Shown here: positions 23,743-33,000 of the stretch, in pieces | How the letters are laid out: every line of letters begins with the position of its first letter | Numbering within the stretch: position 1 is the stretch's first letter | NCBI GenBank assembly: GCA_011109175.1 | Contig: RDEW01000052.1 | Span: 62,001-95,000 of the forward strand | Source: Dicyema japonicum | Taxonomy: Eukaryota > Animalia > Dicyemida | DNA: 33,000 bases | Direction: 5' to 3' | Notes under the pieces: generated by a model | The model's input: the letters and a program-made list of their open reading frames with translations, nothing else | What the model was told of the DNA's origin: nothing | The model's database searches: none | Made by a program: the position numbers and the translations under genes

Positions 23743-24030
23743 GGGCCCTTATCCAGAAGATCCCAGTGAATATAAACGAAGCAATCGGAATTACAAATCG
23801 CCAGACAATTGCGCCGGCCGTGGAATATGCCTCTGCTGCGTGGAGATTCACGTTATCAGTGGCCACTATCCAAATACTAAACTTACTTCAAAGGAAAACA
23901 ATACGTATGCTAGGATTATAATGTGGAACAAAAATACCTCCCCTGCTAACGGAATCTACAACTCGTAGATGTGGTAACTCACTATTCCACGCAAAAGAAA
24001 ATCGGTTGGCTAAGAAATTTCCGTCCCCAA
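23743..24030 (+). mobile_element. LINE RT 3' fragment, same family as 20794-21746
   Basis: RQTIAPAVEYASAAWRFTLSVATIQILNLLQRKTIRML versus QTIAPAVEYPSVAWRIALSETMVHRVNSIHQKTITML. Confidence 0.8.
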
Positions 24031-24249
24031 TCGGCTTCCTCTACAAAGATCAAAAAAGGAATTTTCGTTCGGCAGTAGGAACAATAGAGACGCACAGGCT
24101 TTGGATGGCACGTTTGGTTGCGGGAACTGGGATCACCTAACTAGTTGACATTTCTTTTGTCTTTCTTTCTCGGTGATCCCGGGTTTATAAATAAATAAAA
24201 AAATCAATCAAAAGTGTTCCCCACCTAAATAATTGACGTTGAGTCTCTC

Positions 24250-25060
24250 ATAGTCGCACCAGAGATCAATTGGAGAAGCCACCGAGTCAAACGTTCGTCG
24301 TGGCTTCTTAATGTAGCTAGGTGTCCAAGTTTCTTTAGGAAACGAAGCGATTTCTTACTTATTCCTCCAGTTGTCTCAACAACAATGGGGTAGAACGTAA
24401 ATCGTCTTGGGAATCGTCCAGCACTTCTTCGACAAGAAAGGACATGAAGTCCATAACAGTGGACGGTACCACCACACTGGCATTTGTGAGTCTGACAAAT
24501 CTTCCTCCAAGTCTGATGGAGATACTGGTGCGGACAGTGTCGTCATCAAGCTAAGTCCAAACGCTATCAACGGGGGAATCTTTGATCAAAGCGCCACTCC
24601 ATTCGCATCTTCCAGTGACTAGACAAACGTTGGTGTTAGTTTGATTGGTTAAGAAATCTCTCAGATTGTCCTGTGACGGTCTTTCTGCTCAGGCATTATC
24701 CTTTTCAATTGCTCCACATCTGTGATTTCAGACGATTCTGTTTAAAGTTGGAAAATCATCCTGATCATCAATCGGATGGGGCACAAAGAGGACGGAATCG
24801 CGGAGCAAACCAAATTTTTTGGTGAAAGGATTCCCAGTCCACCCAAGCTAACGGGTAAGGTCGCTACCATTTTAGATTTCCTCTTTTCTTCCAGGTTTCT
24901 GAATTGGGATCAAGGTGCCATTCTCCACATCAAATGGACTGTGACAATTGAACGTCCTGTTCAGGACTGTGCCGATTAACTAAGCCTCCGCGTATTTCAA
25001 TAATTCTGCACTCATGTTGTCCCGTCAAGGGGGTCTTCCATTCTTGAGCTTATCCAAGAA
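24250..25060 (+). mobile_element. Heavily decayed CRE-type RT region
   Basis: *LGVQVSLGNEAI and LSRQGGLPFL resemble the CRE motifs QLGVGxxxGxEA and LPxRxGGLG. Confidence 0.4.
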
Positions 25061-25519
25061 AGAAATAACTTAGTAATGCGTGATGCTTTGATTCGAGTCT
25101 CTGGGAATTCCTTCGGACGGTTCCAAGTGTTCATTGAGATTTAGTTGTTTTTTTTAAAGTTGCAATTTTGTTTAATGATTCAGCCCAGGTGACACATTCG
25201 AGTCGACATTTTCCAGCAGTTTCGATATTTTCTCGATGTACTTTTTACGAGTATCACCGGAAGCAGATAGAGCCTCCACGACCAAGTTCCTGTTCGGCGT
25301 ACGAGATGCCAGTGCTCCGAGAATCCAAAGCGTCGCTTTAGAATGAGGTAAGTGATGCACGTCACCACCTCAACCAAGTAAATTCCTCTTAATTTAAATT
25401 TAATTTATTTAAATTTAAAAAATAAATTTTTAGATAATTCACTCGTTTTACTCAGTTCAATCATTAATTTATGTTAATAAATTATTTTATGGTTTTATTC
25501 AGAAAAACAAAATTATCTT

Positions 25520-25850
25520 TACAACTTATCAGGATCATGGAGGGCCGGACACCATTATTTTCCCTCCCTTTGATGGCGCAATTAGATCCACCTCACTGAG
25601 GCCGGCATCAAGAGGATCCACTATTCTTCCCCGGGGTACATTTCGTTTCCTGGAGACAAGTTCTTGTACGCTGGAACGAGTCAAGAAGTTAGTTACTGGA
25701 TGATGCGAAAATGTCCTTCAGATACCGAAGGTTGGAACCTGGAAAAACTTCAAATCAAGTTCGGAAGAATACGCTTACTTCGCCTTTCTATTTGTCCATT
25801 CCCTGGGAATTATGCATCAATTCTACGTTCATCCCCCTATTTGATCTGGA
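25520..25850 (+). mobile_element. Decayed CR1/L2-like RT 3' end
   Basis: LERVKKLVT and SDTEGWNLEKLQ resemble LERVQRRAT and SYEERLxxLxL. Confidence 0.4.
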
Positions 25851-26440
25851 TTTTGTGCTGACACTGGTATACAATAGTGATCTACTAACAAATTAAATGA
25901 CTTGAGACAAAACCCTGTGTGAAAAAAAGACTTTAGGATCTAAAAATAATCAAACATTCTCTCACGTCTCAAAACCATTTCTCCAAAGAACTCAGGTTAT
26001 AACTTTCCCGTTCTCTCAGTTACAATTAACTGACAACACCTTTCGTGTCTGAATGATCCCGCGACTTTTGTTTCCCAGGCAGTTGTAGCTAAATTAAATT
26101 TATTCCAACAACAAACGGTAACCAAACTAACTAACTCCTTAATCCTAACTCGTTCCAGCGTTCCAGAACTTGTCTCCGGATAACGAAACTGTCCCAGCGG
26201 AAAAGAATAGTTGGATCCTCTTGATGCCGGCCAGGCATTGGGCGTCTCCTCAGTAATGTGGATCCAATGACGCAACAGGAGAGAAGGAAAATAATTTTGA
26301 ACAACTAGCCCATATCACCACATGCGCTACCCTTGACAACTCTCATCAATGTCAATAATGTCGAAAATAAAAGTAATCAATTTTTAAAAATTAATAATAG
26401 TTAATAATTTTTAAGAGATAAAAAACTAATCATAACTAAC

Positions 26441-26870
26441 TATTTTCTAAGCCGTCTGGAATGGACTTTTGTCACTGAACCTTCACTATTTTGAACGTTG
26501 ACAAAATTGTTGGACAATTTTGCTACGACAGTGACAGGATCTTTGTATGATGTTAGTCCCACATTTTTTGAATACGAACCTATTAACCCATCTTCCTATT
26601 CATTTTTTTATATTAAGGAGCATTCAGATTGACCCTCGGAAAATTAAACTTGAAATCATCTTTTGTACAATTAAAGGCAAAAAACCTTTACTAAATGTTT
26701 CGGGGTTATTTTGACCGTCTGGCTCCGTTACTTCAACACTATTTTCCACGATAGTATTGAACTCCAGAATTCCTCGATATCTCTGAAACGAATAAACACC
26801 TACAAGAAATAAAAACAGCAATTTACCCGTGGATGTGTGGGAGAGGGCATCATTTTTGCTAAACTTCTTG
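26441..26870 (-). pseudogene. Gene-like fragment of unknown product with tiny introns
   Basis: Phase-compatible 26-nt, 26-nt and 38-nt GT-AG introns link KFSKNDALSHTSTGVYSFQRYRG..FSK, DDFKFNFPR and EDGLIGSYSK..SRRLRK*; no start codon. Confidence 0.3.
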
Positions 26871-26899
26871 TGATCGACTTATTAAATCTTTCAACAATC

Positions 26900-27110
26900 C
26901 CCGACTCTGGGGAGCACCTTCGACGCAGTAGCGGCTACGGCTTGCGACATGTTAAAGCATTTCATGGATCATTTGTTTGTCCCTTTCGATGTAGAGACGT
27001 CATTAATTCTTGGCCCACAAGACGACCTAGACCGTCGGATCGGTTCAATGATCCAAATGGTCATCAAGGGGAGACTGGATCTCGATAGTTATTCTCAGAG
27101 AAAACATCCT
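26900..27110 (+). mobile_element. CRE-clade 3' fragment
   Basis: HLFVPFDVETSLILGP..RIGSMIQ..WISIVILREN; nucleotide similarity to 28645-28790. Confidence 0.55.
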
Positions 27111-28644
27111 GCCAATTAATCAAATGCTTTTTTCAGTCTTCTTTAAGGATTAATATTTTACGACAATTCTCCACGTTTGGGGACAATAAACCCAACTATA
27201 GCCCTCTGCTAGGTGGCCGAACAAGTCTTGTAGTCTCAGTTATAACATTTATATTTCCAAGAATTATAGTTTTTCGCAGGTTTAGACTCTTAGGTCACTT
27301 AGTAACGAGTAAAAAAGAACTGAAGACAAGGGAAAAACGTTAGGTGCCCAGTTGTAGGTTTCAGATAAGATATGGTTGTCAGGTAACTTGCTTTGATAGT
27401 CCTCTCTTGAAGTTATGTTGAAAGGAATTTACGGGGAGGTATGGATATTAAGAATAATTTTTTTCTAATATTTTGAAGATGAACAGATAATGTACAAAGG
27501 AGAGTCCTGTCTTTCAGGTTTATGATTGGTCGATTGTTGGATAGCTTCCAGATGATCAGTTTTACACTTTTTGAGTCTTACTAACTTTCTTTAGGATCTC
27601 CTTCTCAAAAGCTAGATCCCCTGATTTCTTAGGTTTAGTTTTGGATTTTTTCTTCCCGAAATATGGTAGAAATGATCTCTGAGTTAGAAGAGGTCTAATC
27701 AACGATTTAAAATAACTAAAAATGATATTCTGAATCAAGTCGACGTTCAAGGAGACATCGATTTTGAAGAAGTCAAAGCTTCACTTTTCAAAAATGAAGT
27801 ATAAATGAATTTTTGACTTTGTCGAAAGATTTGTATTTGGGCGTTTAGTAATGAGAAGGGCGATTTTTGTCAATAAAGTCAAAATTTCGGGTAATGTCAA
27901 AAAAGTCAAAATATAATTTTTTAGATAAATAAAGTTAAAATTTTTATCGATTTTTATTTTTCATTTATTAATTTTTAGAGTTTTTGAATTAAATACTAAC
28001 GTGTCATCAACCAACAACAGCTTTTTATTTAATCTTTTGTCTAATAAACATTTCAAACTAACAGGTCTGTCATTTTATTAGTATTTCACAGGTGCTACTG
28101 TAAAAATATCTGATTTTCTCATTCTATTGACCGACTCTAGTATCAATGAGGTCACTGATGCTTATTCGAATTTGATTTTCCTTGTATAACTTGGACAGTA
28201 AATTTTTCAAAATTTGTTTGTGGGTATTAGGATATCGTTTTACTTCTATGAAAAAGTGTAGAAAACTTATGCAAAGTGCATTTATTAAAGATTTGGAAAA
28301 GTTAGAATTGATCTACGATATATGTGAATACACTAATAAATTTCTTGCATAAAAATTGAAAATTTTATAGAAATTGGCTATCTTCGCAAATAATTCTGTT
28401 CAGAAGGGAAAAATTATCTTGAAATTGTTGAACATTATGGTAAAAATTTTATTAAAATAAAATTAGCTATAATTTTGATAGAAATGGATTTTTAATATAG
28501 AGATGGCTGGAAGTATTATTAAAAATGATCTACGGAGGAATTTATCAGTCATATTATGTATTAAAAAATAAATAAAATAAATGTCAATATTGGCTGAAGA
28601 GGAGGAAGTACCAGAGAATTTCGGAGGAGTATCTTTTTGTTCCA

Positions 28645-28790
28645 TTCGCGGTGGAAACGTCAGGAATCCTTGGCCCCCAAGCAGACGAGTTGGTTCGTAA
28701 GATCGGCTCCATGATTCAACCTGTGACCAAGGATCTCGAGAAAGACTGATTGGCTATTTCATTCACTTGACGTCTTGGAGGTTATGGACA
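28645..28790 (+). mobile_element. CRE-clade 3' fragment
   Basis: AVETSGILGPQADELVRKIGSMIQ. Confidence 0.6.
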
Positions 28791-29469
28791 ACATCTTCAC
28801 CCTCGGCCAAATGAACAGTTCCAGAATTAGCAGCCAATTATCTGCTTGTTCCGTCACAGTACAAAGGAACGTCAGAGTCCTTCTGTTTTAGTTAATTACC
28901 CAATCTCACTAACCAGTGGAATGTCGTCTTCAATATTCTTGGTGGTGGGACCTACGTTTCTATGAAAAATTCCTAGGATAAGTTTCCACAACAACAAAAA
29001 ACGACTGTTTCTTCATTTCCGATGGTTACGGAAGGGTTTGAGTGCAACCGTTAATCTGGATACAACTTCTCGGTCTACCAGGAATGGACTCTGACTCACA
29101 GAGAGGATAAATTATATTTAGCGTACATCTAGCAAACGACTCAAGAATTTTGAACTATCGCTAATAAAGGCTGATGCGGTACAACAAAGATCCCCAAGTG
29201 ATTTTAACAGATTCTCCACTTATCTATAACAGTATTTACAAAGCTATAAATTCGACAGGCATTTTAAGCTGAGATACTATCATGACTCGTATGTCGCAGC
29301 AAGGAATGAACCATAAGAGCGGTCTGAGGTCCCAGAGGATAGTCCAAGATATGGCAGGACTTTTAGTGAGAAGCATCAAAAATACCCTCTCTACTTTTTT
29401 TTGTAAATAAGGTTTGTTAAAATTACAAAAAATTAAGCTTTATCATGCACTTTTTATCATGCACAATGT

Positions 29470-29735
29470 CTTTGGAACCTGTTCTACCGCTGAGAAGGAC
29501 GAGAGGTTGAAACGGGAAAAGTACGCAGTCCTGCACAAGGATTTTTGTTTGTTCCACTCGCCGTTGAGACGTTTGGTTCCCTTGCGTTTGCGACACAGGA
29601 ATTCTTAAGTTGTCTAGGGAATCGGATTTCTACACGATCTGGAGACCCTGGTGAGCGCCGGTGCTTATTCGAGCGAATCTCCTCGCCATCATGAGAAGGA
29701 ATAGCCATGCAGTCAGGGCAGCCACTATATGATCA
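29470..29735 (+). mobile_element. CRE-clade 3' end
   Basis: ERLKREKY..LAVETFG..LGNRISTRSGDPGERRCLFERIS..IMRRNS. Confidence 0.8.
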
Positions 29736-29954
29736 TTTGTTCTCTTTTCTTTCCTTAATAAGTTATCCATCAATTAAAAAAATTGCTAAAAGTTAATTTT
29801 GACAAAAATTGACATGATTGACACATATAAGAGAATAACCTAGTTTTAGGTCAATAATATATCTCAGTTGCCTCAGGTTGCACTTCACTATAGAAAAAGG
29901 TAATAATGAAAACACAGCCAAATTAATATTCTAATAAGTTAGTAAACTATATAT

Positions 29955-30551
29955 TCAATTTAAGAGGATCGAATCTACTTGAGGGTGATCTTTGCTTCTA
30001 ATTTTGTTCACATTGAAATATGTTATCAACGAAATGATGAAAAGTGAAGTAATAATAATTCCTATAATCATCGGTTTCTTGTCACGTATGAAACTGTATG
30101 ACTTTCTCTTCTTCCTCTTATTCACGTCCAACAGACAATCATGAGCTAATCATGATACGACAAACTAACCTGTACCAATAAAATCAGAGATTTTGTAATT
30201 TCTAAGAAACTGAAACCTTAGATCCAACATTTCTAACGTAATGTTGCTTTTTTCAACTCTTAAGTCGCTATATACCAGTGAGACTTCATATAACTGAAAA
30301 AAGTTGCATTTACGAATGTAAACTCTGGCTTTTATAAGCAAAAACAATTTACTTTCTTTTGAATAATGATTCGTATTGTACCACTGAGGATGGCTGTTAC
30401 TTTATTTTTGAAGAGTGATATCCAGGTTATAATTTTATTTTTATCAGATTGGATTGATTTGGTATTTTGTCAACATTTAATACTGAATGAAATTAAAAAT
30501 ATAAGATAAACTAAAAATTAGTTCAATATTAAGGTAACATATATGACCCAT
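29955..30551 (-). pseudogene. Shortened LAMP-like paralog of 19053-20311 with one in-frame TGA
   Basis: Four tiny introns restore MGHIFYLIFLISFSIKC*Q..WISLFKNKVTAILSGTIRI..NITLEMLDLRFQFLR..DFIGT|AHDCLLD..TM..DSILLN*. It aligns with the first copy (WFLFNQNRIRAVISGIIKI; NVSIEISSLKLQLFR..EFIGD|DEGC) and shares the phase-1 intron. TGA at 30470-30472. Confidence 0.7.
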
Positions 30552-31249
30552 TTTCAAATTTTTTATATTCTCAATATTTTAAATATTACCAATTTTATAT
30601 TTTATTTTAATAATAAAATAATTTAAAACATACTTTAGGTGGTTAATAGATATTTGTCTAGTTCATCTACCATCATTTATATTCCAAGTCTTCTGGCGGT
30701 CCGTAGCGTCTGATGACGTCGGATCTCAAAGTCGTGGGCTCGAATCCGAAAGATGGAGTTTTAAGCGAAGGTCAATTCTTGTCAACAGATCCCACCCATG
30801 AAACGACGATTCCTTCTGCAAGACACAGTAATTAAAAGAGATCTTCCTACCTTTTTTTCTGACCAAATCCTCTGATAAAGATTACATTATGAAAACTATT
30901 TCGCTAAAGAATGAAGTGATGTCCCCGACGGTAGGACGTGGGACAAAAAGGGAAGCCTGTAGTGAAGTATTGGAAGAGCAACTCCAACAATATCGTCATC
31001 CAACACAGTACTAACTCCGCGAACTGAGAGAACATTGAGTCAGGACCCCGAAATTGTGAATACAGGATCCAGACACAATCCTGTTTAAAAACATTAGATT
31101 GATTCGACCAAGGCGTAGCAACTTGCAAGGTACAAAAAATAGTAGGAAATGGCCTTCGAAGTAAAAGAGCCAAGAGTGTGATCTTATAAGACAAGGAACT
31201 CTTAATCCTTACATAAGATAGACAAATTAGGCAATTTCATTACCCGTCA

Positions 31250-31600
31250 TAGAAACGCAGAACTCCATCATTCAGTCACGCCTGAGGGAATTGAACGAAT
31301 TGGAGATATCAAGTTTCACAAGTTTACGCTTTTAAAATTATAGAAAAAGGTAAATAAACGTGTCGAATGAACGGCGGCCTCACAGCAGTGGGGTACACTA
31401 ACACTCAGCTGTGTTGGAGATAACTCCTCGCCCAGACAGTTACGTATAAATTTCATTGAAAGCTTTGACTCTACATGACCCGACCGTAGACCATCAATCC
31501 AACGCTGTTAGAGCTGTGAAGGGATCAAATTGTATTACCTCCCCTCAAACAACGGACACGGGGAGATTGCATAGGAGGTTACACACTTTATTTTAGAGTA
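31250..31600 (-). mobile_element. CRE-type reverse transcriptase fragment
   Basis: LSPTQLSVSVPHCCEAAVHSTR and VKLDISNSFNSLRRD. Confidence 0.8.
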
Positions 31601-32516
31601 AGGAACTGTCCCCTCAGCTTTCATAATCAAAATCATAATCCACCAATGTAATAGATGATTATATAAGTTTATAGAAGGAATATGTACATTGATGAATATT
31701 TCATTAATATTTATCATCATCAGGGACAATAGACATAGTTAATATTAATCATGCACTTTAACTGATAGGAACAACAAGAAAGTAACCACCAAAACGTGTG
31801 AGAATAATATTTATTTTTTATTTAATTAATTAATTTATTTATTAATTATTATTTGAAGGAAAGAAGAGAGCTCAATATACTGGAAGGTCCTCATGAAAAT
31901 ATCTAGTTCTTATAAATTTTTAGAAACAGGGAATTTACATTAATGATTGACGTTAATCTTCTAAATCTATTAGGCAAGCTTATTCGATCAACGGAATACT
32001 CGAGCAAGTAAATCCATATGCACAATCATGTTCACAGAGTCTGCAGTCAAAAGGAAACAGGACTAGCCTGTAATATTCATGATATTTATCGAGGTCTTTT
32101 ACTATTGTCTCTTGAAAATAGCAGATTGAACCTCGGTATTTGACAATGTCGTAGTAAATGCCTCATCGACCAGTCATTTAGCCCTCTGGAATCACTTTCT
32201 GATGTTTCAGGGGAACTTGTTCGAAAAGAAAGCGTGGAGCTGAGGACGTCGTACCTTTTGGTAGGAGGATATGCAAGTTGCATGAGAAGGAACGATAGGG
32301 GAATGTCTAGTGATGTTGGGGAATCATCACAACAAGATGGAGGAGGTGTAGATGTTCGTAATTGTCATCCGAAGTGACGGGAGACACATTGTTGATTCAA
32401 GAATTAGTGGAAACCCAGTCAAAGATCATTTTCAGTGCGACTGAGTGAGCTTTGTAATAATTCGAAAATAGACACTTTGAGGGTACGTAATATTATTATA
32501 TTATAAGCACTTATCG

Positions 32517-33000
32517 CTATGTCATAGGACTTGACAATGCATGTGCAACACGAGTTAGCAAATCACTGGTTAGTTTCATCCACTTCCTCCTATTCGAAGC
32601 CGCAGTGCGCAACCAGTCAAGATCCTCTCCACTTTTAAGATGCCGTCCCATTTCTTTGAGGTCCTCGTCGAGAACGACTGCCAGTGTCGTCCTTGGGCGA
32701 CCACGGAAACGGGGGGCCTCCAACATGAAGTAATCCTCCATGGCTACGTTCGCGGGGGCATCTAGGTCCAGTCGCAGAATATGGCCGAAAAGCCTCCATC
32801 GTGTATCCAGAATCTCATTAAATTTCTGAGGTCTTCGTCCTCTTATAAAAAAGATTAGATGAAATCCTCGTATCACTTCTTTCGAACATCATATGCCGTA
32901 GTTGGTCTCTATGAAACGCATTAAGCCTCTTCAGTTTATTTCTTGAGCAGGCCCAGGTACCAGCGTTATACAGTAGTATGGGTTTCACTAGCGAGTTGTA
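32517..33000 (-). mobile_element. 3' end of an RTE-like LINE, running off the window
   Basis: YNSLVKPILLYNAGTW, LNAFHR, RWRLFGHILR, RGRPRTT and AASNRRKW. Confidence 0.88.

Noticed and set aside
27740-27810. EF-hand-like DVQGDIDFEE
   Set aside because: Loop is two residues short and there is no partner motif or intact gene.
27812-27910. Short inverted and direct repeats of AAAGTCAAAA
   Set aside because: Only about 10 bp in AT-rich DNA; no TSD or MITE boundary.
30694-30750. tRNA or tRNA-derived SINE head (B-box-like GGGCTCGAATCC)
   Set aside because: No cloverleaf, weak A box, no second copy in the window.
32080-32420. APE/RT relic (ITNIYTS, LSNTEVQSAI)
   Set aside because: Two short motifs only; probably LINE debris but not supportable.
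1-33000. Global stop-codon reassignment, RIP-like mutation, CRISPR arrays, rRNA or tRNA genes
   Set aside because: OGFOD1 has no internal stops and uses TGG for Trp; the stop-creating changes in TE relics are mixed; no repeat-spacer arrays or structural RNA signatures were seen.

Overview
Eukaryotic (animal) genomic DNA, AT-rich, with no prokaryotic features. The supplied ORF track misses the real genes because they are cut by ultra-short GT-AG introns (20-28 nt, mostly 22-25). Splicing these out by hand gives four host genes on the minus strand: a zf-UBP ubiquitin hydrolase whose C-terminal His-box region is missing or decayed, a Kunitz plus two thyroglobulin-1 domain protease inhibitor, a two-domain LAMP-like membrane glycoprotein, and an intact OGFOD1 prolyl hydroxylase. 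There is also a shortened LAMP-like paralog and several decayed gene relics. Much of the remainder is transposon debris separated by short AT islands: about nine CRE-clade (RLE) non-LTR fragments including one young 5'-truncated copy with a 39-40 bp target duplication, RTE and other APE-type LINE relics, a Buster hAT with TIRs and TSD inserted into a 24-nt intron, and Merlin and Tc1 relics. Metazoan domains plus tiny introns suggest a reduced parasite such as a dicyemid or myxozoan (inference; not decidable from this window). All translations and homology calls were made by eye, without database searches.
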